Below, one piece after another: positions 10,814 through 19,311 of a DNA stretch of 64,000 bases. Position numbers and translations under genes: made by a program. Below the pieces are notes generated by a model that saw nothing but the letters and a program-made list of their open reading frames with translations, had not been told where the DNA came from and made no database searches. Position 1 is the first letter of the stretch; the number at the start of each line of letters is the position of its first letter. Source of the stretch: Ruminococcus champanellensis 18P13 = JCM 17042 (GTDB taxonomy: Bacteria > Bacillota > Clostridia > Oscillospirales > Ruminococcaceae); the NCBI RefSeq assembly GCF_000210095.1, contig NC_021039.1, positions 615,863 through 679,862 of the forward strand, written 5' to 3'.

Positions 10814-10842
10814 ATTATACGACATTTTTCTGCCCTTGTCAA
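10814..10842 (-). promoter_or_regulatory. Promoter of ABC-2 exporter operon (minus strand TTGACA-17-TATAAT)
   Basis: Reverse strand reads ttgacaagggcagaaaaatgtcgtataatagc. Confidence 0.6.
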
Positions 10843-10891
10843 TAGGAAACCGCCTCCGATGGGAAATCGGAGGCGGTCAGAATCCGGACGC

Positions 10892-12151
10892 TTATTTTTG
10901 GGGGAATAAACCGGTGAAATCGAAGGTCGCAAAGTAGTCAGCCGGTGTTTCCGCCCGGCGGATCAGCTTGAAGCTGCCGTCCTCGCACAGCAGGATCTCC
11001 GCAGAGCGCAGCTTGCCGTTGTAGTTGTAGCCCATGGAGAAGCCGTGTGCCCCGGCGTCGTGGATGGCAAGATAATCCCCCATGTCGATCTTGGGCAGCA
11101 TCCGGTCAACGGCAAACTTGTCGTTGTTCTCGCACAGACCGCCGGTTACGTCATACTTGTGGTCGCAGGGTGCATTCTCCTTGCCCAGCACGGTAATGTG
11201 GTGGTATGCCCCGTAGATGGCAGGCCGCATCAGATTTGCAGCGCAGGCATCCACGCCGATGTATTCCTTGTAAATGTGCTTTTCGTGTACTGCCTTGGTG
11301 ATCAGATTGCCGTAGGGGCCAAGCATGAATCTGCCCAGTTCGGTAAAGATGGCTACATCCCCCAGCCCTGCGGGTACCATGATCTCCTCGAATGCCTGGC
11401 GGACGCCCTCGCCGATGGCGAGAATGTCGTTGGGTTCCTGTTCCGGCCGATAGGGGATGCCCACGCCGCCGGACAGGTTTACAAAGCGGATGTCTGCACC
11501 GGTCTCCTTCTTGAGCATGACAGCAGTTTCAAACAGCACCCGTGCCAGCTTGGGGTAGTAGGCGTTGGTGACGGTGTTGCTTGCCAGGAAGGCATGCAGA
11601 CCGAAGTGCTTGACCCCCTTCTGCATCAGGATCTTGAACCCATCGATCAGCTGCTGGGTGGTAAAGCCGTACTTTGCCTCCCCCGGATTGTCCATGACAT
11701 GGGTTTCGATCTCAAAATGTCCGCCGGGATTGTACCGGCAGAAGATGGTCTCCGGCAGACCTGCAACCTGTTCCAGAAAGTCAATGTGGGTGATATCATC
11801 CAGGTTGATGTATGCGCCCAGCTTCTTTGCCAGCTTGAAATCCTCCGCCGGGGTCACATTGGAGGAGAACATGATATCGCTGCCGGAAAAGCCGCATGCC
11901 TCGCTCATCATCAGCTCCGTCAGAGAGGAGCAGTCCACGCCGCAGCCCTCCTCCTGCAGAATTTTCAGAATAAAGGGATTGGGGGTCGCCTTGACTGCAA
12001 AGTATTCCCGGTAGCCCTTGTTCCAGGCAAACGCCTGCTTCAGCTTCCGTGCGTTCTCCCGGATGCCCTTTTCATCGTACAGATAGAAGGGGGTGGGGTA
12101 CTGGGCGGCGATGCGCTCCACGATCTCCTTGGTTGCAAACGTTGTTTTCAT
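10892..12151 (-). CDS. lysA: PLP-dependent decarboxylase, fold-III (Orn/DAP/Arg decarboxylase family), most likely diaminopimelate decarboxylase
   Basis: 'YPTPFYLYDEKGIRENARKLKQAF', 'FAVKATPNP', C-terminal beta-barrel 'CENNDKFA'; ~419 aa. Confidence 0.6.
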   Translation of the reverse strand: MKTTFATKEIVERIAAQYPTPFYLYDEKGIRENARKLKQAFAWNKGYREYFAVKATPNPFILKILQEEGCGVDCSSLTELMMSEACGFSGSDIMFSSNVTPAEDFKLAKKLGAYINLDDITHIDFLEQVAGLPETIFCRYNPGGHFEIETHVMDNPGEAKYGFTTQQLIDGFKILMQKGVKHFGLHAFLASNTVTNAYYPKLARVLFETAVMLKKETGADIRFVNLSGGVGIPYRPEQEPNDILAIGEGVRQAFEEIMVPAGLGDVAIFTELGRFMLGPYGNLITKAVHEKHIYKEYIGVDACAANLMRPAIYGAYHHITVLGKENAPCDHKYDVTGGLCENNDKFAVDRMLPKIDMGDYLAIHDAGAHGFSMGYNYNGKLRSAEILLCEDGSFKLIRRAETPADYFATFDFTGLFPQK

Positions 12152-12855
12152 AGTACAGATCCTTTCTCGTTTTGATACAGCTCGATCAGCTGAATTTCAT
12201 TCCGCATGGCTTCTTTGAACAGGTCGATCAGGTTCTTTTTCCGGGAGTACAGACAGGTGCCGTCCGTGGTCAGATCTCCGGTCAGCACTGCGTTGGAGTC
12301 CACGATCAGCCGGATCTGACCCGGGTGGCAGTCCGCCGTATAAAACCGGATCCCCGGCTGGGAGAAGGGGACGTCCGTAATCACTGTGACCTGCATGCCC
12401 CGTTCTGCGGCTGCCGTCAGGCTTGGGATCAGCGGTTCGAGACAGACCCGCTCCGCCGACAGATACAGCCGCTCCGCCCCATGCTCGATCATAAAGACCG
12501 CCTTGTCGATCATGTTTTCCTGCCCGCCGATGGTCAGATAGCCTTCCGTCTGTGCTGCCCGGGGCAGTAGCTGCTGGGCAAGCTTGTCCTTCAGCTCCTC
12601 CAGCATCCGGATCCGGTTGCCACAGAATTCCTCCGGCTTGACCGCCACATACCGGGTCGCTGTGTCCTCCAGCAGGTAAGCGGCGCCCTTTTCCACCAGA
12701 CTTGCCAGGGAGGTGTAGCAATTGGAACGGGAGATGCCCAGTTGTTTGGCAACCTCATAGCCGGTCATGGCTCCGTCCGTGGTCAGCGCCATATAGATCA
12801 GCGCCTCCTGCCGGGTCAGGGCAAACTGCATCAGCATTTCCGCCGCATCCATCAT
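12148..12855 (-). CDS. TrmB-family transcriptional regulator
   Basis: N-terminal wHTH 'LTRQEALIYMALTTDGAMTGYEVAKQLGISRSNCYTSLASLVEKG' typical of TrmB; overlaps lysA start (operon). Confidence 0.7.
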   Translation of the reverse strand: MMDAAEMLMQFALTRQEALIYMALTTDGAMTGYEVAKQLGISRSNCYTSLASLVEKGAAYLLEDTATRYVAVKPEEFCGNRIRMLEELKDKLAQQLLPRAAQTEGYLTIGGQENMIDKAVFMIEHGAERLYLSAERVCLEPLIPSLTAAAERGMQVTVITDVPFSQPGIRFYTADCHPGQIRLIVDSNAVLTGDLTTDGTCLYSRKKNLIDLFKEAMRNEIQLIELYQNEKGSVL

Positions 12856-12888
12856 TCACTCCGCCTTTCAAGTAGTATCTTTCAGGAA

Positions 12889-12918
12889 CACTATAGCACG
12901 ATGCGGGCGATTTGTCAA
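12889..12918 (-). promoter_or_regulatory. Promoter for trmB-lysA (minus strand TTGACA-17-TATAGT)
   Basis: Reverse strand reads cttgacaaatcgcccgcatcgtgctatagtg ~35 nt upstream of the ATG; no room for a riboswitch. Confidence 0.55.
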
Positions 12919-13061
12919 GTCCTTCTGCAAAAAAAGATGAAGTCATGTGGAAACGTGCTGCTGATTCGGTTGCGTTTTTGGCAGTTTTATTTCTTTTCCA
13001 CCTATATCGGTCCGATTTTAGATGTTTTGCACGAGATTCCGGTTTTTAGGTTGACCTATTT

Positions 13062-15659
13062 ATGAAAACAAGCTATAATGTATGTATAGTGGGGAGAATG
13101 CGAACCAGCCCCATATTCTCGTACCCCAGACAGATACAACGGGTGCATGAAAACCTACTTCACCGATGGGGGGGGAACACTTTGAGAAAAAGTGACATTG
13201 TTGCCAGAGTCAATTATGGTACGCTGCTGGTAGACGTGCTGGAGCATAATCGGATCATTTTTGCAGACGCCGGGTTTTACGCCATTACCGGCTACACCCT
13301 GCAGGATGTGGAAAAGCAGCAGCTTTGCTTTCAGGATCTGTTCGTCAAGGAGGATTTCCCGATCTACGCCAAGGAGCTGAGCGCCATTCTGGCAGTGCAG
13401 GATACGGCGTATCTGGAGCACCGGCTCCAGCGCAAGGACGGCAGCGTGACCTATGTATTCTGCTTCGGCAAACAAAGGCAGGATGAGAACGGCAAGCTCG
13501 TCGGAGAGATTACGCTGACGGATATTTCCCACATCAAGCGGCTCCAGGCCAAGTTCAATGAAACAGAAATGGAACTGGAGGCGCTGATCCAGAACCTGCC
13601 GGGCAGCGTCAGTATCGTGGAGATCAAGGAAACTGCCATGCATCTGCTCCACGCTACGGAGGATTACTTCCACCAGTTCGGCTACACCCGGGAGGAATAT
13701 ATGGAGACCTCCAACGGGGGCATTCTGGGCAAGCTGTTCTATCCACAGGATCTTCCCATTCTGAACCAGCATATCGCCGCCATTGCCCGGGGGGAAAAGA
13801 CTATTTTCATGCAGGTGCGTGTGATCCGGAAGGATCAGTCCCTGATGTGGGTGGATGTGCGCGGGCAGTTTTTGCGGATACAGAACGGCAACCCATTGTT
13901 TTATCTTGCCACCTTTGATATTACCAAGGCGAAGCAGCGGGATGAGGAGCTGCGGCTTCAGACAGAGCGGTACCAGTTGATTGCCGAGCATACGGACGAG
14001 CTGTTTTACGATTATGATGTCAAGCACGATATCATGAATTTGCCGCAGAATTTCCTGCCGGTGCGGCAGGGAAAGATCCCGGCAGCCATCCCCGGCTATC
14101 TGGAGCGGAGCATTCCCAAAAAGGTGGTGCATCCGGAGGATTATCCCCGGTTTCTCCGGGAACTGATGTCCTGTCTGACGGAGGAGAAAAAGACCTCCAT
14201 CGAGGTGCGCATGCGCATGCCCGGTGCGGAGGATTACGAATGGTACCGGCTGGTCTGCGTGTGCTCCGCCAACGAGCAGGGGGAGATCGTCCGGCTGTTC
14301 GGCAGGCAGACCAGCGTGGATAACCTGCGGCGGCTGAAGAAAACTGTCAGCGAGGATAAGCGCATCATCGAACGGTTGTCCACCACGGATCCGGTTACCG
14401 GCCTGCTGAATCGGGTTGCCTTCAAGGAGCGCAGCGCTCTGTATCTGGAGGAGGCGGACACCAATGCCTGCTACGCCTTTGTATATTCGGATTTCAACGA
14501 TTTTTCCTATGTAAATGATAATTTCGGCTACGATTCCGGCAATACCATGCTGTATGAGTTCGGCTCCATCATCAGTTCCTCTCCGGCAACGGTATTTGGC
14601 AGCCGGATCAACTCGGACTACTTTCTGTGCCTGATGAAAACCGATACCCGGGATGAGCTGGAGCGGCTGGTGCGGGAGCGGGATGCCCTGTTTGTCCAGC
14701 GGCAGCGCAAAAAGTATCCTGCCAGTGAGATCCAGGTGGCAACCGGTATCAGCTTTATTGACCCCCGGCATTTTGAAGTGACGGAGGAAATGGACAATGC
14801 CAATCTGGCACGGAGGAAGGCAAAGACCGGGAAAGATGATCTTTGCTGCATTTACTATGAAGCACTGCGGACAGCCCGGGCAAAGGAAAAGACCATTGCC
14901 GCAGAGCTGCACGGTGCCATTGCGTCCCACACAGTGGAGCTGTTCCTGCAGCCCAAGTTTATGATGGACGATCTGCGGATCATTGGGGCGGAGGCACTGG
15001 TGCGCTGGCGGAATCCGGACGGCACCTACCGGATGCCCTCGGAATTTATCGATATTCTGGAAAAGGTGGGCTATATCGTAGAGCTGGATTTCTTCATGTA
15101 TGAGGAAGTGCTGCGGAGCCTGCGCCATTGGCAGGACAACGGGATGCCCCTTGTGCCCATTTCCGTGAATTTTTCCCGGCTTCACAACAACTACCCCAAC
15201 TTTGTGGATCGGGTCATTGGCCTTGCCAAAAAGTATCAGATCGACAGCCGCTATATTGAAGTAGAGGTAACGGAAAGTGCTTTTGCATCCGATGCGCAAC
15301 AGATGGAGCGGAATATGTGTCGCCTGCAGGAGGCTGGCTTCTCCATTGACATTGACGATTTTGGCAAGGGCTACTCCTCCTTGAGTCTGCTGATGGGCTC
15401 TCCCATTGATGTGGTGAAGGTGGATAAGGCGTTCGTGGACAGCATCGAGGTTTCCGAAAAGCACCGGGAGTACATCAAGCGTATGTGCATGCTGATCCAG
15501 GCAACGGAAAAGGAAATCATTTTCGAGGGCGTAGAAAACCGGAAACAGGCGGATTTCCTGTGTGCCTGCGGCTTTAAGAAGGCACAGGGCTGGCTGCTGG
15601 ACAAGGCGGTGCCGGTTTCCGTGTTTGAACAAAAATATGTGGGCAATTCCTTGAGATGA
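13062..15659 (+). CDS. PAS-domain / degenerate GGDEF / EAL protein (likely c-di-GMP phosphodiesterase)
   Basis: Several PAS-like repeats; degenerate GGDEF 'NFGYDSG'; intact EAL motifs 'GAEALVRW', 'DDFGKGYSSL', 'FEGVEN'. True start is probably downstream of 13062 (the listed ATG overlaps the -10 of its own promoter TTGACC-17-TATAAT at 13031-13059); candidates are ATG 13098 or TTG ~13179 after a G-rich RBS. Confidence 0.8.
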   Translation: MKTSYNVCIVGRMRTSPIFSYPRQIQRVHENLLHRWGGNTLRKSDIVARVNYGTLLVDVLEHNRIIFADAGFYAITGYTLQDVEKQQLCFQDLFVKEDFPIYAKELSAILAVQDTAYLEHRLQRKDGSVTYVFCFGKQRQDENGKLVGEITLTDISHIKRLQAKFNETEMELEALIQNLPGSVSIVEIKETAMHLLHATEDYFHQFGYTREEYMETSNGGILGKLFYPQDLPILNQHIAAIARGEKTIFMQVRVIRKDQSLMWVDVRGQFLRIQNGNPLFYLATFDITKAKQRDEELRLQTERYQLIAEHTDELFYDYDVKHDIMNLPQNFLPVRQGKIPAAIPGYLERSIPKKVVHPEDYPRFLRELMSCLTEEKKTSIEVRMRMPGAEDYEWYRLVCVCSANEQGEIVRLFGRQTSVDNLRRLKKTVSEDKRIIERLSTTDPVTGLLNRVAFKERSALYLEEADTNACYAFVYSDFNDFSYVNDNFGYDSGNTMLYEFGSIISSSPATVFGSRINSDYFLCLMKTDTRDELERLVRERDALFVQRQRKKYPASEIQVATGISFIDPRHFEVTEEMDNANLARRKAKTGKDDLCCIYYEALRTARAKEKTIAAELHGAIASHTVELFLQPKFMMDDLRIIGAEALVRWRNPDGTYRMPSEFIDILEKVGYIVELDFFMYEEVLRSLRHWQDNGMPLVPISVNFSRLHNNYPNFVDRVIGLAKKYQIDSRYIEVEVTESAFASDAQQMERNMCRLQEAGFSIDIDDFGKGYSSLSLLMGSPIDVVKVDKAFVDSIEVSEKHREYIKRMCMLIQATEKEIIFEGVENRKQADFLCACGFKKAQGWLLDKAVPVSVFEQKYVGNSLR

Positions 15660-15688
15660 TTGACAGAACGCAGGGACTGTGTTATACT
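15660..15688 (+). promoter_or_regulatory. Promoter upstream of thiT-family gene (TTGACA-17-TATACT)
   Basis: ttgacagaacgcagggactgtgttatact. Confidence 0.55.
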
Positions 15689-15778
15689 GGAACAGAAATT
15701 TCCGGAGCGTACAGATATGCGCTGAGGTGAGAGCCTTGGCGCATTTTTCTGCTGTTCCAAAGAAAAGAGGATATTGCA

Positions 15779-16345
15779 ATGAAGGAAACGAAAACAAAAA
15801 AGCTGGTGCTCAGTGCTGTACTGTTGGCGCTGGCAACCGTATTGAGTCTGTTTAAGGTGTATCAGCTGCCGCTGGGCGGTTCCATTACGCTGCTGAGTAT
15901 GCTGCCGGTATGCCTGCTGTCCATCCGCTATGGGGTCAAATGGGGACTGACCTGCTCCTTTTTCTACGGAGTGATTCAGATCGCCCTCAGCTTCGGTGAA
16001 TTGATGAGCTGGGGCATGACCGCCGGCACCTGGGTGGGCTGTCTGCTGTTTGATTATCTGCTGGCGTATGGCTCCCTGGGCGTAGCCGGACTGTTCCGCA
16101 AGCATGGGGCCGGCGGGATCACTGCCGGCATCGGGCTTGCCATGGTGCTGCGGTTTATCAGCCACTTTATTTCCGGTACCATCTTTTTCGCAGTCTTTTG
16201 CCCGGATGGCTGGAATGTGGTGCTGTACTCCATCTGCTACAACGGCTCCTATATGCTGCCGGAAATGGCGTTCACCATGCTGGGGGCATTCGCCCTGTTC
16301 CGTGCGCCCCAGACCCGCAGCTTTGTGATCGGTGCCCAGTCCTGA
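15779..16345 (+). CDS. thiT: ECF-transporter S component, ThiT family (thiamine-type substrate-capture protein)
   Basis: 188 aa, 6 TM; 'GSLGVAGLFRK' and overall pattern match the ThiT family. Confidence 0.7.
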   Translation: MKETKTKKLVLSAVLLALATVLSLFKVYQLPLGGSITLLSMLPVCLLSIRYGVKWGLTCSFFYGVIQIALSFGELMSWGMTAGTWVGCLLFDYLLAYGSLGVAGLFRKHGAGGITAGIGLAMVLRFISHFISGTIFFAVFCPDGWNVVLYSICYNGSYMLPEMAFTMLGAFALFRAPQTRSFVIGAQS

Positions 16346-16363
16346 TCCATATATGGAATATGC

Positions 16364-16395
16364 CCCGGAGGCGGCTCGTCCGCTTCCGGGGTTTT
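16364..16395 (+). terminator. Rho-independent terminator after thiT
   Basis: ccccggaggcgg ctcgt ccgcttccgggg tttt. Confidence 0.7.
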
Positions 16396-16527
16396 AACAA
16401 AACTAAAGATTTCAGTGCAAAAGCTTTACATGGATTTAAACCGGAACAGATTGTGCATTTTACAGGCTCCATGCTAGAATAAGGTCACAGCAAAAAACAC
16501 AAATAAACATGAAGAAGGAGTATGCAT

Positions 16528-17364
16528 ATGAAAAAGTTTCTTGCATTGTTAAGCTGTGCCGTATTGATGGCAGCTACCGCAGTGGGCTGCGGCAGTCAGA
16601 ACGAAAAAATCACAGTGGTGTCCCGTGAGGACGGCTCCGGTACCCGTTCCGCATTCAGCGAGCTGATGGGCGTAGTCAAGGATGACAAGGACAACACCAC
16701 GGATACCGCAGAGGTCACAAACAGCACCTCCGTTATGCTGACCACCGTGGCAGGCAACAAGGCTGCCATTGGCTATGTGTCCCTGGGTTCGCTCAATGAC
16801 ACTGTAAAGGCGGTCAAGGTGGACGGAGTAGAAGCCACCGCAGAAAATGTGAAGGCGGGCAAATACGCAGTATCCCGTCCCTTCAACATCGTGACCGGCA
16901 AGGATCTGACCCCTCTGGCACAGGATTTCATCAGCTACATCCTCAGCACGGACGGGCAGGCAGTGGTAGATGAAAAGGGCTACATCAGCATCACCCAGGG
17001 CGAGACGTACAAGGCATCCGGTCAGACCGGTACCCTGACCATTGCCGGATCCACCTCTGTGGCACCGCTGATGGAAGTGTTGGCGGATAAGTACATGGCG
17101 CTGAATTCCGGCGTGAAGATCGAGATCCAGCAGAGCGGCTCCAGCGCCGGCATCACCTCCGCCGTTGAGGGAGTATGCCAGATCGGCATGGCGTCCCGGG
17201 AACTGAAGGACAGTGAGACCGCCAAGGGTGTTACTGCTACGAAGATCGCCATGGATGGCATTGCCGTCATCGTCAACAAGGACAACAGCTGCTCGGAGCT
17301 GACCTCCGACCAGATCCGGAAGATCTACACCGGAGAAACCACCCAGTGGTCGGATCTGAAGTAA
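16528..17364 (+). CDS. PstS-family (PBP-like type II) substrate-binding lipoprotein with reversed (circularly permuted) order of its two halves; orphan, no pstCAB nearby
   Basis: Signal plus lipobox 'AVGCGS'. Residues ~30-150 ('KITVVSREDGSGTRSAF...AAIGYVSLG...VKVDGVEAT...KYAVSRPF') match the C-terminal half of PstS; residues ~150-280 ('TLTIAGSTSVAPL...IQQSGSSAGI...VCQIGMASRELKDSE...GIAVIVNKDN...LTSDQIRKIYTGETTQWSDL') match the N-terminal half. Terminator follows directly. Confidence 0.7.
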   Translation: MKKFLALLSCAVLMAATAVGCGSQNEKITVVSREDGSGTRSAFSELMGVVKDDKDNTTDTAEVTNSTSVMLTTVAGNKAAIGYVSLGSLNDTVKAVKVDGVEATAENVKAGKYAVSRPFNIVTGKDLTPLAQDFISYILSTDGQAVVDEKGYISITQGETYKASGQTGTLTIAGSTSVAPLMEVLADKYMALNSGVKIEIQQSGSSAGITSAVEGVCQIGMASRELKDSETAKGVTATKIAMDGIAVIVNKDNSCSELTSDQIRKIYTGETTQWSDLK

Positions 17365-17387
17365 GCTTGGTTCGTTTCCCCTCCTCA

Positions 17388-17419
17388 CAGACCGCAGTTT
17401 TGCGGTCTGTTTTTATTTT
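17388..17419 (+). terminator. Rho-independent terminator after the PstS-like gene
   Basis: cagaccgca gttt tgcggtctg tttttatttt. Confidence 0.75.
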
Positions 17420-17443
17420 GCAGAAAAACTTCTGAAAAATGGG

Positions 17444-17472
17444 TTGACAGTGAGAAAGATATATGATATAAT
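17444..17472 (+). promoter_or_regulatory. Promoter of leader/ABC-2 operon (TTGACA 17444-17449, 17 nt, TATAAT 17467-17472)
   Basis: Consensus hexamers with 17-nt spacer. Confidence 0.7.
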
Positions 17473-17505
17473 TGACTCATCATTTTGTGAAAGGAGGTTC
17501 TGACT

Positions 17506-17598
17506 ATGTTTGTACATCTGCGCCGCAGCAATACCATGATGCATTGTATACGGAAACCATCGGAGCCTGCCTTTTACGGAGGGGTTCCTGCGTTCTGA
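17506..17598 (+). CDS. Candidate 30-aa leader peptide (MFVHLRRSNTMMHCIRKPSEPAFYGGVPAF)
   Basis: AAAGGAGG RBS 8 nt upstream; stop codon sits inside hairpin cctgcg-ttctga-cgcagg; immediately followed by an intrinsic terminator; DNA and peptide resemble the 5' end of the downstream permease gene. Confidence 0.4.
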   Translation: MFVHLRRSNTMMHCIRKPSEPAFYGGVPAF

Positions 17599-17613
17599 CG
17601 CAGGATACCCTAA

Positions 17614-17655
17614 GGCGCCGCCGGATGGATTCCGGCGGCGCCTTTTTGCGCTTTT
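17614..17655 (+). terminator. Intrinsic terminator / attenuator in the leader of the ABC-2 operon
   Basis: ggcgccgccgga tggatt ccggcggcgcc followed by tttttgcgcttttt. Confidence 0.75.
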
Positions 17656-17661
17656 TCACAG

Positions 17662-18471
17662 TTGAAAGGAGTGAGTCGTATCAAAACATATTTGTACATT
17701 GCCCGTCTGCGGATGCAGACCATGCTGGCATACCGGTTTGAGGTCTGGTCTTATCTGGTATTACAGATTCTGATGATGATCGCCATCGGTTATTTCTGGA
17801 GGGCAGTCTATGCCGGCGTGGACATCAGCCACGATGTATCCGTACAGGGTATGACTACCTACACGGTGATCTCTGCGCTGGTGTCCTCCCTGTCCTACAT
17901 GGGGGTGGAGGATCGGATCACAGAGGCGGTGAAATCCGGCAGTATTGCAACGGATATGATCAAACCCATCAATTTGTTTTCCCTGTATCTGGCGGAGGAT
18001 ATGGGCAGCCTGGTCATCAGTCTGTTCCGCTCTGCCCTGCCCATCCTTGCGGTGGGAGCCCTGCTGTTCGGACTGCCGGTTCCCGCATCCGGGGGGCATT
18101 TCGGGCTGTTCCTGCTGAGCTTTGTGCTGGGCTATGGCATCAACTGGGCGTTTTCCGCCACCTTTGCTATGCTGGCATTCTCTGCCATCAGCCTGGGCCC
18201 TGCATTTTCCGTAAAATATCACTTTGTAAATCTGCTGTCCGGCGCCATCATTCCCATCTGGTTCTTCCCCCATTGGTTACAGGTGACTCTGCAATGGCTT
18301 CCCTTTGTACATATCTTCCAGACACCTCTGAGCATCTACATCGGAAAGTATGACATGGGTACCTGCCTGGAAATGGTGGGTATCCAGACACTGTGGCTGC
18401 TGGCACTGGGAGTTTTGTTCTATTACGCCCAGCGCCGTGCTACGCGCCGGGTGCTGGTACAGGGCGGCTGA
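17662..18471 (+). CDS. ABC-2 family transporter permease (start codon uncertain)
   Basis: 6 TM helices; paralog of the next gene (N-terminal alignment KTYLYIARLRMQ / KTLKHYWSVAAMSIRLSIQ). No ATG with a good RBS; possible starts are GTG 17671, TTG 17692 or ATG 17713. Confidence 0.7.
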   Translation: MKGVSRIKTYLYIARLRMQTMLAYRFEVWSYLVLQILMMIAIGYFWRAVYAGVDISHDVSVQGMTTYTVISALVSSLSYMGVEDRITEAVKSGSIATDMIKPINLFSLYLAEDMGSLVISLFRSALPILAVGALLFGLPVPASGGHFGLFLLSFVLGYGINWAFSATFAMLAFSAISLGPAFSVKYHFVNLLSGAIIPIWFFPHWLQVTLQWLPFVHIFQTPLSIYIGKYDMGTCLEMVGIQTLWLLALGVLFYYAQRRATRRVLVQGG

Positions 18472-18486
18472 GAAAGGAGTGCATGC

Positions 18487-19299
18487 ATGAAAACCTTAAA
18501 ACATTACTGGTCGGTGGCAGCCATGTCCATCCGGCTTTCCATCCAGTCCTGCTTTGAGTATCCCCTGGCATTTGTGGGCTGGCTCATCTCCAACCCCATG
18601 CAGTTTCTGGTGGGCTTTGCGACCATCAAATTTGTGGTCATGGAGTTCGACGCCCTGGCGGACTGGAACTTCAAAGAGCTGGCGTTTTTGTACGGCATGT
18701 CCGTGCTGAGTCATGGCCTGTCCGTGATTTTCTTCACCAAGACCTGGTACATGGGCTGGACGATCCTCCGGGGAGAAATGGATATGCTCCGGCTGCGGCC
18801 CATGAACACCCTGTTCCAGTTCCTGTTCGGGGAAATGAACTTTGTGGGGCTGACAGACCTGGTGCCTGGCGTGATCCTCTTTGTGTACGGATGCATTTCC
18901 GTGCAGTTTCAGTGGACGCTGCACAATACGGCGGCAATGCTCTGCGCCGTGGTGGGAGGCACCCTGCTGCGAGGCGCATTTTACCTGGGATTTGGCTCTC
19001 TGACCTTCTGGACAAAAAGCCCCTTCCATGTATCCAGCTTTTTTCAGGAGCTGTTCAACCGCACCAATATGTACCCCCTGTCCATGTATCCCCGGGCGGT
19101 ACAGTTCATATTCACCTTTATTCTGCCCATGGGATGGATCTGTTTTTATCCGGCGTCCGCATTCATGGGCAAAGCATCCATGCTGACCCTGCCCCATGGC
19201 ATGGCGTTTGTGACCCTGGCGCTGGGTATCGCCCTGTTCGCTGTGGCATGCGCCGTATTCCGGGCAGGATTCAAGCAATATGAAAGCGCCGGATCGTAA
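18487..19299 (+). CDS. ABC-2 family transporter permease
   Basis: 270 aa, 6 TM helices; RBS GAAAGGAG before ATG. Confidence 0.75.
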   Translation: MKTLKHYWSVAAMSIRLSIQSCFEYPLAFVGWLISNPMQFLVGFATIKFVVMEFDALADWNFKELAFLYGMSVLSHGLSVIFFTKTWYMGWTILRGEMDMLRLRPMNTLFQFLFGEMNFVGLTDLVPGVILFVYGCISVQFQWTLHNTAAMLCAVVGGTLLRGAFYLGFGSLTFWTKSPFHVSSFFQELFNRTNMYPLSMYPRAVQFIFTFILPMGWICFYPASAFMGKASMLTLPHGMAFVTLALGIALFAVACAVFRAGFKQYESAGS

Positions 19300-19311
19300 G
19301 GAGGTTTGCAT

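Noticed and set aside
12856-12918. Lysine (L-box) riboswitch upstream of trmB-lysA
   Set aside because: The minus-strand promoter lies only ~35 nt from the start codon; there is no space for a ~180-nt L-box.
13062-13180. c-di-GMP or other riboswitch in the leader of the PAS-GGDEF-EAL gene
   Set aside because: No GEMM-like conserved segments; the leader is short and the apparent upstream ATG overlaps the promoter -10, so this is most likely just an uncertain start codon.
15660-15778. TPP riboswitch upstream of thiT
   Set aside because: Expected from gene context, but the conserved UGAGA plus ACCUGAUCUGGAUAAUGCCAGCG elements are not present in recognisable form; kept only as an open question in the findings.
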